A stretch of DNA of 63,047 nt from an uncultured Actinomycetes bacterium (GTDB lineage Bacteria > Actinomycetota > Actinomycetes > S36-B12 > UBA10799), in NCBI GenBank assembly GCA_964556255.1, contig CAZKVQ010000012.1, positions 1 through 63,047 on the forward strand, written 5' to 3'. Within the stretch, counting starts at the first letter, position 1; the number at the start of each line of letters is the position of its first letter. Below are positions 1 through 9,509 of this stretch, piece after piece. Under the pieces are notes generated by a model. The model was not told the origin of the DNA, made no database searches, and saw nothing but the letters and a program-made list of their open reading frames with translations. Position numbers and translations under genes: made by a program.

Positions 1-1
1 G

Positions 2-88
2 ACGGGCTACACCTTCGAAGGAACTGCTGCCTTGAGCAAAGAAGCGCTGAGCAACAGGTATGCCGCCGAGGAGGCGAAGACGTCATGA
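2..88 (+). CDS. pilN: 3' end of a PilN-like type IV pilus assembly protein (partial, runs off the window start)
   Basis: Frame 2 reads TGYTFEGTAALSKEALSNRYAAEEAKTS*. The stop overlaps the pilO start (ATGA at 85-88). The AL-S-x-RY ending and position before pilO fit actinobacterial PilN. Confidence 0.55.
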   Translation, partial: TGYTFEGTAALSKEALSNRYAAEEAKTS

Positions 89-825
89 TGTCACGTCTCA
101 CCAGCACCAGGGGCTGGCTCGTGGTCGGGATCGTCGGATCCGTGGTGATCCTGCTGCTCGGATACTTCGCTCTTATCGCTCCACAACGTTCCAAAGCCTC
201 ATCGATCGGGATGGAGGCAGCCGAAGCGCGGGGCACCACCCAAGGACTTCAAGCAAAGGCCATCGCGCTGAAGAAGCAGTCCGACGAGTTGCCGGCCAAG
301 CAGGCCGAACTGCAGGCACTGTCCGAACGTCTCCCCGACGACGCGGGCGTCGCCCAGATCATCCGCCAGATCACCTCGGTCGCCGCCGAGTCGGGTGTCA
401 CGTTGAACGAGTTCACACCGTCGGCACCGCAGGCGCTGGAAGTCGAAGTACCGAGTGCAGCCGCGAGTTCGGAGCCGAGCGCCTCGCCGTCGGCCACACC
501 TTCGCCCTCGGACAACGCGTCCAGCGAGTCAGCACCCAAGACCAAGACAACGGTCCCGACGTCCAACCTGAGTTACGTCACCATCTCCATCACGGCGGAG
601 GGACAGCCGAGCCAGTTGTCGGCATTCGTCAACGGGCTTGAGGGCATCACCCGGGCGATGCTGCTCACCGGGGTCAAGATCGACACCAGCAAGACCACTT
701 CCGGGTCCTCAGGAACTGCCACGACGGCCGGGACGCTCACCGCGACCATCGATGGCAGGATCTTCATGCGAACCGAATCGAGTCCATCCGCGTCGGCCAA
801 ACCATCGGCCAGCGCCTCCAATTAG
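85..825 (+). CDS. pilO: Type IV pilus biogenesis protein PilO
   Basis: N-terminal TM helix (WLVVGIVGSVVILLLGYFALIAP), then a coiled coil, then LP-x5-A-x-IIRQI-x3-A-x2-SGV-x-L, typical of PilO. Ser/Pro-rich insert. Confidence 0.85.
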   Translation: MMSRLTSTRGWLVVGIVGSVVILLLGYFALIAPQRSKASSIGMEAAEARGTTQGLQAKAIALKKQSDELPAKQAELQALSERLPDDAGVAQIIRQITSVAAESGVTLNEFTPSAPQALEVEVPSAAASSEPSASPSATPSPSDNASSESAPKTKTTVPTSNLSYVTISITAEGQPSQLSAFVNGLEGITRAMLLTGVKIDTSKTTSGSSGTATTAGTLTATIDGRIFMRTESSPSASAKPSASASN

Positions 826-893
826 CCGCAGTTGAGTCCCGTCCTCTACCCCTCACCCCGGCGCATCGACGAGAAGTCTGAAAACATGGAGCC

Positions 894-2072
894 ATGTTGC
901 GTTGGTTGACCGCCGGAGAGTCGCATGGGCCCGCCCTGGTCGCGATTCTGGAAGGCCTGCCCGCTGGAGTGTCGGTCACCACCGACGATGTCGCCGGGCA
1001 GTTAGCCCGTCGTCGACTCGGGTACGGCCGGGGCGCTCGCCAGAAGTTTGAACAGGACGCCGTCACCTTCTTAGGTGGCATCCGCCACGGCCGCAGCCAG
1101 GGCGGTCCGATCGCGGTGCAGATCGCGAACTCGGAGTGGCCGAAGTGGGAGTCGGTGATGAACCCGGACCCCGTCGCGGCCGAGGTGCTCGCCGGTCAGG
1201 CACGCTCCGCGGCACTCACCAGACCGCGCCCGGGACACGCCGACCTGGCGGGCATGCAGAAGTACGGCTTCGATGACGCGCGTCCAGTGCTGGAGCGGGC
1301 CAGTGCCAGGGAAACGGCGGCAAGGGTGGCGCTGGGCGCGCTGGCCCGCAGATTCCTGCGACAGGTCGGCGACATCGACATCCTCAGCCACGTCGTTCGA
1401 ATCGGCACAGTATCCGCCGACGGCGCACGCCTGCCTGAGGCGTGGGAACTGGACACCATCGACGCCGACCCGGTTCGATGTCTTGACCCCTCCACCAGTG
1501 CAGCGATGGTCGCCGAGATCGACGCGGCCAAGGCCGAGGGCGACACCTTGGGTGGCGTGGTCGAGGTGATCGGTTTCAATCTGCCGCCGGGTCTCGGTTC
1601 CTACGTGCACTGGGACCGCCGTCTGGATGCCCGCATCGCTGCCGCACTGATGGGGATCCAAGCGATCAAGGGCGTCGAGGTGGGCGATGGCTTCGCCCTC
1701 GCGTCGGCGCGCGGGTCTGCGGCGCAAGACGAAATCCTCACCGAGGATGGCCGTATCCGTCGGAACTCCGGGCATTCCGGGGGGACCGAGGGCGGAATCT
1801 CCACCGGTGAACTGCTGCGTGTGAGAGCCGCCATGAAACCGATCTCCACCATCCCGCGTGCCCTGCGCACCATCGACACCGCCACCGGTGAGCCCGCCAC
1901 CGCACACAATCAGCGATCGGATGCCTGCGCGGTACCGGCAGCGGCGGTCATCGCCGAGGCGATGGTGTCGCTCGTAGTTGCCGACGCCGTACTGGAGAAG
2001 TTCGGCGGCGACTCGGTGCCTGAGACCCGTCGCAATCTGGCCTCGTACCTCGACAACCTGGACCTGAGGTGA
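894..2072 (+). CDS. aroC: Chorismate synthase
   Basis: [12 protein letters not shown] start, [31 protein letters not shown] motifs. Confidence 0.98.
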   Translation: MLRWLTAGESHGPALVAILEGLPAGVSVTTDDVAGQLARRRLGYGRGARQKFEQDAVTFLGGIRHGRSQGGPIAVQIANSEWPKWESVMNPDPVAAEVLAGQARSAALTRPRPGHADLAGMQKYGFDDARPVLERASARETAARVALGALARRFLRQVGDIDILSHVVRIGTVSADGARLPEAWELDTIDADPVRCLDPSTSAAMVAEIDAAKAEGDTLGGVVEVIGFNLPPGLGSYVHWDRRLDARIAAALMGIQAIKGVEVGDGFALASARGSAAQDEILTEDGRIRRNSGHSGGTEGGISTGELLRVRAAMKPISTIPRALRTIDTATGEPATAHNQRSDACAVPAAAVIAEAMVSLVVADAVLEKFGGDSVPETRRNLASYLDNLDLR

Positions 2073-2647
2073 CGTCGGTCGGTTCCCCGGTCGTGGTTCT
2101 GGTGGGCGCACCTGGAGCTGGCAAGTCCACGGTCGGAGCCGCGCTCGCCGAGCGGCTAGGGGTGAGATTCCGCGACACCGACACCGACGTTGAAACTGCG
2201 GCAGGCAGAAGCATTTCGGACATCTTCCTCACCGATGGGGAGGCGGCGTTCAGGGAACTCGAGCGCGAGGCCGTTGTCGCCGCGATCTCCGAACACAGGG
2301 GAGTCCTCGCCCTCGGCGGGGGAGCCGTGTTGGATGGCGAGACCCGCCGCCAGCTCGCTGCTGTGCCCACTGTCTGGTTGCAGGTCAGCACTCCGCAGGC
2401 GGCAGCGCGGACCGGAATGAACACCGCACGTCCGGTGCTCCTCGGCAATGTCAGGGCCCAACTGGGGTCCTTGCTCAAGGAGCGGGCACCGCTGTACGCA
2501 GAGGTGTCCGGCCTCGCCGTGGACACCGATGACCGGACCGCCGACCTGGTAGTGGAGGAGATCCTCGAGTCGTTGGCGGAACTCAAACCCCGAGCCGGCT
2601 CCAGCAGTCTCACCCGCAATGCCGCCCACGACCAAGGGGAGTCATGA
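2069..2647 (+). CDS. aroK: Shikimate kinase
   Basis: Walker [28 protein letters not shown]; GTGA overlap with aroC. Confidence 0.96.
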   Translation: MTSVGSPVVVLVGAPGAGKSTVGAALAERLGVRFRDTDTDVETAAGRSISDIFLTDGEAAFRELEREAVVAAISEHRGVLALGGGAVLDGETRRQLAAVPTVWLQVSTPQAAARTGMNTARPVLLGNVRAQLGSLLKERAPLYAEVSGLAVDTDDRTADLVVEEILESLAELKPRAGSSSLTRNAAHDQGES

Positions 2648-3753
2648 CTGAGCTGACGACGGTCCAGGTCAACGTGGCGACGCCCTACCCGGTGGTTGTC
2701 GGCACTGGGCTTGCCCAGGACATCCTCGACGCCGTACCGACGGCGAGCGAACGGGTGGCGATCGTGCACACCGAGACCCTGCGGGCAACCGCGGAAGCCA
2801 TCCAAGAGGCGTTGATCGACTCCGGACGTGCCGCGATCCTGCTCGAGGTTCCCGACGGCGAGGATGCCAAGAGCGTCGCGGTCGCCGGGTTCTGTTGGGG
2901 CGCCCTGGGAGAGTCGGGATTCACCCGCACCGACGCGGTAATCGGTCTTGGCGGGGGAGCGGTCACCGACCTGGCAGGTTTCGTCGGCGCGACCTGGCTG
3001 CGGGGGGTCCCGGTGATACAGGTGCCCACGACGCTGCTCGGCATGGTCGACGCGGCGGTAGGCGGCAAGACCGGAATCAACATCGAGCAGGGCAAGAATC
3101 TCGTTGGTGCCATTCATTCGCCGCGGGCCGTGATCTGCGACCTGGCCACCCTCGACACGGTGCCCACCAACGACTACGTCAGCGGACTGGCGGAAGTGAT
3201 CAAGTGCGGATTCATCGCCGACCCACGGATCCTGGAACTCGTGATGGCCGACGTTGCAGGTGCGAGGACCCCCCAAGGTCCGCACACTGCCGAGCTCATC
3301 CGGCGCTCTGTTCAGGTGAAGGCGGACGTCGTGTCGGAGGATCTTGGCGAGCATGTGGACGGCATCGGTCGTCGCGCCGTCAGTCGCGAGATCCTGAACT
3401 ACGGTCACACCTTCGCCCATGCGGTCGAACGTGCCGAGCGGTACCGGTGGCGCCATGGCGCGGCCGTGTCGGTCGGGATGGTCTATGCGGCTGAACTTGC
3501 CCGGCTGGTCGGCCGCCTCGATGACGAAGTCGTCGACCTGCATCGGGAGATCCTCGGCGCGGTGGGCCTACCGTCCACATATCGAGCGAACAGGTGGCCT
3601 ACCCTGCTCGAAGGTATGAAGATGGATAAGAAGTCCCGAGGTTCGATGCTGCGTTTCATCGTGCTCGACGGGATTGCACAGCCAGGGGTGCTGGAGGGCC
3701 CAGACCCGGCGCTACTGGTGGCGGCCTACGCGGAGGTTAGTGATGAACGCTGA
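2644..3753 (+). CDS. aroB: 3-dehydroquinate synthase
   Basis: [50 protein letters not shown] motifs. Confidence 0.97.
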   Translation: MTELTTVQVNVATPYPVVVGTGLAQDILDAVPTASERVAIVHTETLRATAEAIQEALIDSGRAAILLEVPDGEDAKSVAVAGFCWGALGESGFTRTDAVIGLGGGAVTDLAGFVGATWLRGVPVIQVPTTLLGMVDAAVGGKTGINIEQGKNLVGAIHSPRAVICDLATLDTVPTNDYVSGLAEVIKCGFIADPRILELVMADVAGARTPQGPHTAELIRRSVQVKADVVSEDLGEHVDGIGRRAVSREILNYGHTFAHAVERAERYRWRHGAAVSVGMVYAAELARLVGRLDDEVVDLHREILGAVGLPSTYRANRWPTLLEGMKMDKKSRGSMLRFIVLDGIAQPGVLEGPDPALLVAAYAEVSDER

Positions 3754-4216
3754 GGCTCGCAGGACCGTGTTGGTGCTCAACGGCCCCAACCTGGGTCGAC
3801 TCGGCAGTCGGGAACCAGAGGTGTACGGATCGTTCACCCTTGACGACGTCGCCACGTCGTGCGAGGACCTCGGTAACGAGTTGGGTTTCTCTGTCGAGGT
3901 GCGCCAGAGCGATGATGAGGCCGAGTTGGTCGGTTGGCTGCACGAGGCTGCTGACGCCGAGGTACCAGTCATCCTCAATCCTGCGGCTTTCACGCACTAT
4001 TCGTACGCGCTGCGCGACGCCTGCGCCCAGTTGACAGCCCCCCTAGTCGAGGTGCACATCACCAACCCCGCGACCCGCGAGGAGTTCCGACACACCAGCG
4101 TCATCGCCGGCGTCGCAACCGGCACCGTCGCGGGGTTCGGAGCCGATTCCTACCTGCTTGCCCTGCGTGCCATAGCCACGCTTGCGACGTCCGCCCGACA
4201 GGAGGTCGCGCGATGA
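3743..4216 (+). CDS. aroQ: Type II 3-dehydroquinate dehydratase
   Basis: [35 protein letters not shown]-x2-REEFRH. Start set at ATG 3743 (in frame with the 3674 ORF), overlapping the aroB end. Confidence 0.96.
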   Translation: MNAEARRTVLVLNGPNLGRLGSREPEVYGSFTLDDVATSCEDLGNELGFSVEVRQSDDEAELVGWLHEAADAEVPVILNPAAFTHYSYALRDACAQLTAPLVEVHITNPATREEFRHTSVIAGVATGTVAGFGADSYLLALRAIATLATSARQEVAR

Positions 4217-5331
4217 CCGTGGGTGAGGAGACGGACCAGCGCGAGTGGCGCCTGCGCGAACGGTGGTCGAAGACCAGTGACCTTCTGCGCGGACTTGACT
4301 CCGAGGCCCTGCTACTGACTGCCCCGAGCGACGTCCGCTGGCTCACCGGGTACTCGGGCAGCAACGGAGCCGCACTGGCCGTGGTGGGCAAGCCACCGCT
4401 GCTGGCGACAGACGGCCGCTACGCGGACCAAGCTGCCGAGGAATGCCCCAACGTGTCGATCGTGGTCACCCGCGATCTGATCGACCAGTTGCTGATGCGG
4501 TTACGCGAGTACTCGGTGTCATCGCTGGTGGTCGACCCCTCATCGATGACGTTGGCCGAGTTTCGGGCCATCGCTGCGCACCCGGCAGTATTCGGCATCG
4601 GAGTCAGAGAGGAACCAGCCCCGGTGGCGAGCCTCCGGCAATCCAAGGATCCTCACGAACTGGAGTGCCTGCGGCGCGCCTGCCAGATCTCCTGTGATGC
4701 CCTGGAACTGCTGCTGCCCGAGATTGTGGTCGGAGTCTCGGAGTTGGCGTTGGCGCGTCGACTTGAGTGGCAGATGGGCGAGTTGGGCGCCGACGACCGC
4801 TCCTTCGAGACCATCGTCGCCACCGGACCCAACGGCGGCCAACCCCACCATCAACCCGGTCTGCGCGAACTCGCGCCCGGAGATCTGGTGACCGTCGACT
4901 TCGGCGCCTTGGTCGAGGGATACCACGCTGACTGCACCCGCACCTTCATCGTGGATGCGGAGCCGGAGGAGTGGCAGAAGGAGATCTACCAGGTTGTGCG
5001 GTTAGCGGCGGAGGAGGGTCGCAGCGCGGCGCAGCCGGGCGTTGCCACGAAGGAGGTCGATGCCGCCGCCCGCTCTGTCATCACAGAAGCGGGATTCGGG
5101 GGCAATTTCGTCCATGGACTCGGCCATGGTGTCGGGTTGGACATCCACGAGGCGCCGATGCTCGGTGCAGCCACGGCCGGTACGCTTGGCGATGCTGTCC
5201 CAGTCACGGTCGAGCCGGGGATCTACCTTCCCGGCCAGGGCGGGGTGCGGATCGAAGACACCTGTTTGGTCCGTGATGAGGGACTCGAGATCATGACTGA
5301 TTTCCCGCGCGATCTCATCCGCGTGGGCTGA
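4213..5331 (+). CDS. pepQ: Xaa-Pro dipeptidase / aminopeptidase P family (M24B)
   Basis: Creatinase N-domain ([10 protein letters not shown]); DFG-x5-Y-x-ADCTRT, [28 protein letters not shown]; conserved position before efp. Confidence 0.9.
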   Translation: MTVGEETDQREWRLRERWSKTSDLLRGLDSEALLLTAPSDVRWLTGYSGSNGAALAVVGKPPLLATDGRYADQAAEECPNVSIVVTRDLIDQLLMRLREYSVSSLVVDPSSMTLAEFRAIAAHPAVFGIGVREEPAPVASLRQSKDPHELECLRRACQISCDALELLLPEIVVGVSELALARRLEWQMGELGADDRSFETIVATGPNGGQPHHQPGLRELAPGDLVTVDFGALVEGYHADCTRTFIVDAEPEEWQKEIYQVVRLAAEEGRSAAQPGVATKEVDAAARSVITEAGFGGNFVHGLGHGVGLDIHEAPMLGAATAGTLGDAVPVTVEPGIYLPGQGGVRIEDTCLVRDEGLEIMTDFPRDLIRVG

Positions 5332-5344
5332 CTGGAAGGCGCTC

Positions 5345-5902
5345 ATGGCGACCACGAACGACCTCAAGAACGGCCTCGTGCTGAATATCGACGGGCAACT
5401 GTGGACCGTCGTCGACTTCCAACACGTCAAGCCCGGCAAGGGCGGCGCCTTCGTTCGTACGAAACTGAAGAACGTCCTCAGCGGCAAGGTGGTCGACCGG
5501 ACGTTCAACGCGGGCGTCAAGGTGGAGACCGCGAACGTCGACAAGCGCACGATGCAATACCTCTACCTCGACGGCACCGACAGGGTGTTCATGGACGTGC
5601 AGACCTACGACCAACTCCCGGTTTCTGAGACGGTGGTCGGCGACGCCGCGAACTACCTGCTGGAGAACCAGGAGGCGATCGTCGCCGTGCATGAGGGCAC
5701 TCCCATTTACATCGAACTGCCCGCGAGCGTCGAACTGGTCGTCGAATACACCGAGCCGGGACTTCAAGGCGACCGCTCGACCGGCGGGACGAAGCCGGCA
5801 CGGTTGGAGACCGGCGCGGAGATCGCGGTGCCGCTGTTCCTGAACTCAGGCGAGAAGATCCGGGTCGACACGCGTGACGGGTCATACCTGGGCCGTGCCT
5901 AG
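5345..5902 (+). CDS. efp: Elongation factor P
   Basis: [34 protein letters not shown]. Confidence 0.99.
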   Translation: MATTNDLKNGLVLNIDGQLWTVVDFQHVKPGKGGAFVRTKLKNVLSGKVVDRTFNAGVKVETANVDKRTMQYLYLDGTDRVFMDVQTYDQLPVSETVVGDAANYLLENQEAIVAVHEGTPIYIELPASVELVVEYTEPGLQGDRSTGGTKPARLETGAEIAVPLFLNSGEKIRVDTRDGSYLGRA

Positions 5903-6312
5903 TGTCGGCACGTAGCAAGGCCCGAAAGCGGGCGTTGGACGTACTCTTCGAGGCCGATCTCCGAGGACGTCCCGCACAGACGGTTCTCGCCGCCCACCAG
6001 GCTGAGGCCACGTCGTCGATGAATCCCTACACAGCCGAGATCGTGGATGGCGTCGTTGCCCACAACGCCCGGATCGACGAGTTGATCTCGACCTACGCGG
6101 AGGGCTGGACGCTCGCGCGGATGCCCGCGGTGGACCGCAACCTCCTGCGTATCGGATGTTGGGAAATCCTCTGGTCCGACGTGCCGGACGCTGTTGCCGT
6201 CTCAGAAGCCGTGCAACTGGCTACCAGCCTGTCAACGGACGATTCGCCCGGATATGTGAACGGCGTGCTCGGTCGTCTTGTCACGGTGAAGCCGCGACTG
6301 GTGCTCGACTGA
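5902..6312 (+). CDS. nusB: Transcription antitermination factor NusB
   Basis: ARSKARKRALDVLFEAD, WTLARMPAVDRNLLR, YVNGVLG; follows efp. Confidence 0.97.
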   Translation: MSARSKARKRALDVLFEADLRGRPAQTVLAAHQAEATSSMNPYTAEIVDGVVAHNARIDELISTYAEGWTLARMPAVDRNLLRIGCWEILWSDVPDAVAVSEAVQLATSLSTDDSPGYVNGVLGRLVTVKPRLVLD

Positions 6313-6361
6313 TCGATCCTCGATGCCGTGGCGAGCGGCCGCAGGGGGACGGCGGACGATC

Positions 6362-6386
6362 TCCGAGACTGGGCCCCAGTTTGGGA
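6362..6386. terminator. Hairpin between convergent nusB and tRNA-Leu
   Basis: tccgagactgg-gcc-ccagtttggga: imperfect 11-bp stem just past the 3' ends of both transcripts; no clear U tract. Confidence 0.4.
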
Positions 6387-6401
6387 CGTCGGGCCGGAAC
6401 G

Positions 6402-6475
6402 TGCCCCCGGTGGGATTCGAACCCACACTGGCGGGATTTTGAGGCCCGTGACTCTGCCGGTTGGTCTACAGGGGC
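6402..6475 (-). tRNA. tRNA-Leu(CAA), 74 nt, short variable loop, CCA not encoded
   Basis: Minus strand reads GCCCCTG TA GACCAACCGGCAGAGTC A CGGGC CTCAAAA TCCCG CCAGT GTGGG TTCGAAT CCCAC CGGGGGC A. It folds as a cloverleaf with anticodon CAA and lies divergent from pdtaR, like mycobacterial leuV/Rv1626. Confidence 0.95.
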
Positions 6476-6510
6476 GTGGTGCGCCACTACTGTACCGACG
6501 CCGCCGCGCG

Positions 6511-6516
6511 TAGCCT
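6511..6516 (+). promoter_or_regulatory. -10 element (TAGCCT), leaderless-type, for pdtaR
   Basis: TANNNT 6 nt before GTG 6523; no Shine-Dalgarno. Confidence 0.6.
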
Positions 6517-6522
6517 TGCAGG

Positions 6523-7095
6523 GTGGCTGTTCGGGTGGTTGTGGCTGAGGATGAAGCACTGATCCGCATGGACCTCGTGGAGATGTTGACCGAGGAGGGC
6601 TACGAGGTCGTCGGTCAGGCGGCCACCGGCGAGGCCGCCCTCACCTTGGTCAGCCAGTTGGCCCCCGAGGTTGTGCTACTCGACGTACGCATGCCGGTGA
6701 TGGATGGCATCAGCGCGGCGGAGGCGATTGCTGCCCTAGGCACCACAGCCGTGGTGATGCTCACCGCCTTCAGCCAGCGGGACCTGGTGTCCCGGGCGAG
6801 CGATGCTGGGGTGGCCGGTTACCTCGTCAAGCCGGTGTCGGCCGCCGATCTGGTACCCGCGATCGAGGTTGCCCGTGCGCGTTTCGCCGAGCGTTCCCAA
6901 CTCACGGCCCAAGTGGACAATCTGGAAGAGCGGATGGCCGAGCGCAAAGCGATCGAACGCGCGAAGGGCCGTCTGGTGGCCGGCGACGGCATGGACGAGG
7001 CCCAGGCCTACTCCTGGCTGCAGCGCGAGGCGATGAACCGGCGGATGTCGATGGCCCAGGTCGCCGCGGTCGTCAATGCCGAGGCGGAGTCTTAG
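6523..7095 (+). CDS. pdtaR: ANTAR-domain response regulator (PdtaR-like)
   Basis: Receiver domain VVVAEDE...LLDVRMP-x-MDGI...YLVKP; ANTAR domain ERK-x-IERAKG-x-L...A-x2-WLQREAMNRR. Confidence 0.92.
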   Translation: MAVRVVVAEDEALIRMDLVEMLTEEGYEVVGQAATGEAALTLVSQLAPEVVLLDVRMPVMDGISAAEAIAALGTTAVVMLTAFSQRDLVSRASDAGVAGYLVKPVSAADLVPAIEVARARFAERSQLTAQVDNLEERMAERKAIERAKGRLVAGDGMDEAQAYSWLQREAMNRRMSMAQVAAVVNAEAES

Positions 7096-7151
7096 ACGCT
7101 CCAAAGTGCCCCTAGTCGGCCGGAACGGGGAAATCGGACACGCCGCCGCTA

Positions 7152-7167
7152 TTTACAACCTTGAAAC
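7152..7167 (+). promoter_or_regulatory. Putative GlnR box (TTTAC-n6-GAAAC) upstream of the ABC substrate-binding gene
   Basis: Matches the gTnAc-n6-GaAAc / AC-n9-AC consensus. TATCTT -10 at 7179-7184; SD taaggag before GTG 7235. Confidence 0.55.
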
Positions 7168-7234
7168 ACGCAGGGCACTATCTTGTCTCCAACCGCTATA
7201 CACGGCGGATCGACCCACTCTAAGGAGACAACAC

Positions 7235-8539
7235 GTGGCCAAGTCCAAGGTCGTGTTCACGGTGGTGACTCTCGGAACGGTGAGCCTCGCTCTGGCCGCA
7301 TGCGGCAGCAGCAGCAGCTCATCGTCGTCGAGCAGCGCATCCGTGGCACCATCCGCTTCCGGCAACGGCACGCTCACGATAGGTACCCTTCTTCCGCAGA
7401 CCGGCTCATTGGCCTTCCTCGGGCCGCCGGAATTCGCGGGCGTTGAACTGGCAGTCAAGGAGATCAACGCGAACGGTGGAGTCCTCGGCAAGCCAGTCAC
7501 TCTGATCAACGGCGACTCCGGCGACACCTCCACGAACATCGCATCGCAGACCGTCGATCGGTTGGTCTCCCAAGGCGCTGACGCCATCATCGGTGCCGCG
7601 TCATCGTCGGTGACCCTCAGCGTCATCGACAAGGTGACCAACGCTGGCGTCGCCATGGTTTCGCCAGCAAACACCTCGATCAAGCTGAGTGACTACCCCG
7701 ACAAGGGTCTGTACGCGCGCACGGCACCGCCGGACACGCTGCAGGGCAAGGTCCTCGCCGACCAGGCGCTGGCCGACGGCAAGCAGAAGGTGTGCATCCT
7801 GGCCCTCCAGGATGCCTACGGCGAGGGTCTGGCGAACGTCTTCGACGAGACCTTTACCGCCGGCGGCGGCACCGTTAGCGAGAAGATCATCTACGACCCG
7901 AAGGCCGCATCCTTCGAGGCTGAGGTCGGCAAGTGCAAGGCGGCCGGATCTGATGCCATCGTGCTGATCGGGTTCGACGAGTCGAAGAAGATCCTGCAGG
8001 AGCTCATCAAGCAGGGCATCGGCCCGCAGCAGAAGCAGCTCTACCTGGTGGACGGCAACCTGTCGAACACCTTGGCCGACGGGCTCCCCGCGGGCATCAT
8101 GAACGGCGTCAAGGGCACCACCCCCGGCGCCAAGGCCAGCGATGCCTTCAAGGCGCAGTTGGCGACTGTCAACCCGAAGTTGGAGGACTACTCCTACGCC
8201 GCGGAGTCGTACGACGCGGCCAACCTGATCGCGCTCGCCGCTATCGCCGGCAAGAACGACTCGGGTGCTTCGATCTCGCAGAACATCCAGGCTGTGAGTG
8301 GTGGCAACAACGAGGGGGAGGCCTGCACAACCTTCCAGGCGTGCGCTGCCCTCTTGCAGGCCGGGAAGAAGATCAACTACGAGGGTCAATCCGGACCCAT
8401 CAACCTTGATGCGAACGGCAACCCGAGCAGGGCGACGATGGGTGTCTACGTGTTCGGGCCCGACAACAAGTACACGCCGAAGGACTTCGTCACAGCGGAC
8501 GTTCCCAAGGCAACGGGCGCCAGCGCCAGCAGCAGCTGA
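7235..8539 (+). CDS. Branched-chain amino acid-type ABC transporter substrate-binding lipoprotein (LivJ/LivK family)
   Basis: Lipobox LAAC after a signal peptide, Ser linker, TIGTLLPQTGSLAFLGPP, IIGAASS, ARTAPPD, YAAESYDA. Start moved to GTG 7235 (SD aaggag). Confidence 0.9.
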   Translation: MAKSKVVFTVVTLGTVSLALAACGSSSSSSSSSSASVAPSASGNGTLTIGTLLPQTGSLAFLGPPEFAGVELAVKEINANGGVLGKPVTLINGDSGDTSTNIASQTVDRLVSQGADAIIGAASSSVTLSVIDKVTNAGVAMVSPANTSIKLSDYPDKGLYARTAPPDTLQGKVLADQALADGKQKVCILALQDAYGEGLANVFDETFTAGGGTVSEKIIYDPKAASFEAEVGKCKAAGSDAIVLIGFDESKKILQELIKQGIGPQQKQLYLVDGNLSNTLADGLPAGIMNGVKGTTPGAKASDAFKAQLATVNPKLEDYSYAAESYDAANLIALAAIAGKNDSGASISQNIQAVSGGNNEGEACTTFQACAALLQAGKKINYEGQSGPINLDANGNPSRATMGVYVFGPDNKYTPKDFVTADVPKATGASASSS

Positions 8540-8553
8540 TTCAAGCGCACCCG

Positions 8554-8593
8554 CGAGTGGGCCCCCGAACCTCGAGGTTCGGGGGCCCACTCG
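8554..8593. terminator. Perfect 40-bp palindrome, likely bidirectional terminator
   Basis: cgagtgggcccccgaacctc|gaggttcgggggcccactcg between the convergent substrate-binding gene (stop 8539) and livF (stop 8658). Confidence 0.75.
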
Positions 8594-8657
8594 TGTGCTG
8601 GTGGCCGTGCAATCATGCGGCAACGGGAGACGTACCCGTGTGCTGGGGGCTCAAACG

Positions 8658-9503
8658 TCAGGTCTTGGCGAGGGTTCCTAGGTAGAGCTCGATGACCTTC
8701 GGATCGTTGGCCAGTGCCGCACCGGTGCCAGTGTAGGCGTTGCGGCCCTGATCCAGCACGTACCCGCGATCGACGATCTGCAGACACCGAGCTGCGTTCT
8801 GCTCGACCATGATGATGGTCACGCCGGTCTTGTTGATCTCCTTGACCCGTACGAACGCCTCGTCGGTGAGCACTGGCGACAGCCCCGCGCTGGGCTCGTC
8901 CAAGAGCAGCACTGACGGACTCATCATGAGCGCCCGGCCCATCGCGACCATCTGCCGCTCACCGCCGGACAGGCTGCCCGCACGTTGCTTGCGACGGTCT
9001 GCCAGAGCCGGGAAGAGTCCGGAAACGAACTCGAACCGCTCCGGGAAAACCTTTGGCTGCTGGTAGCAGCCCATCTGGAGGTTCTCCTCGATGGTCAACG
9101 AGGGAAACACGTTGTTCGTCTGGGGCACGTATCCGATGCCCCGCGCTACGAGGATGTCGGCACGCATGTTGGTGATGTCGTCGCCACCCAAGGTCACGAG
9201 TCCGGAACTGATGTGCACCAACCCGAACAGCGCCTTGATCAACGTCGACTTACCGGCGCCGTTGGGGCCGATGATCCCGACGAGTTCGCCTTGCTTGGCG
9301 TACAGGTCAGCGCCATTGACGATGTTGACCCCCGGGATGTACCCCGCGACCACCTCATCCATCCGAACGACGGCCCCTTCGGCGCCCTCGAGGTGTGCGG
9401 TCCTGTCGAGGTGCGCAGTGGAGCCGTGATGGGGGTGACGTTGCTGGGCGTCGAGGTCGAGTTCGTACTCGAACTCCCCGGGGTTGTCTGGTGAGATGCT
9501 CAT
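8658..9503 (-). CDS. livF: ABC transporter ATP-binding protein, LivF type
   Basis: GPNGAGKST, LSGGERQMVAMGRALM, LLLDEPSAGL, VEQNA. Confidence 0.92.
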   Translation of the reverse strand: MSISPDNPGEFEYELDLDAQQRHPHHGSTAHLDRTAHLEGAEGAVVRMDEVVAGYIPGVNIVNGADLYAKQGELVGIIGPNGAGKSTLIKALFGLVHISSGLVTLGGDDITNMRADILVARGIGYVPQTNNVFPSLTIEENLQMGCYQQPKVFPERFEFVSGLFPALADRRKQRAGSLSGGERQMVAMGRALMMSPSVLLLDEPSAGLSPVLTDEAFVRVKEINKTGVTIIMVEQNAARCLQIVDRGYVLDQGRNAYTGTGAALANDPKVIELYLGTLAKT

Positions 9504-9509
9504 GGTCGG

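Noticed and set aside
1948-3543. Long antisense or alternative-frame ORFs (e.g. 1948-3543 -, 7601-8623 -, 35594-37618 +, 42480-44270 +, 52990-53823 +, 57693-58676 -)
   Set aside because: They shadow well-supported genes on the other strand or frame, have Arg/Pro/Gly-biased composition with no motifs, and are expected in high-GC DNA where stop codons are rare.
6402-6430. tRNA-Leu 3' end as an integration site (attB)
   Set aside because: I saw no integrase and no second copy of the tRNA 3' end in the window (checked by eye only).
7185-7234. ANTAR dual-hairpin target RNA upstream of the gene next to pdtaR
   Set aside because: Only one hairpin (ccgc-N8-gcgg) is present; there is no pair of hexaloops with the conserved A1/G4.
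8566-8581. CGAAC-N6-GTTCG inside the 40-bp palindrome as a LexA/SOS box
   Set aside because: The actinobacterial SOS box has a 4-nt spacer, and this site lies between two 3' ends, not in a promoter.
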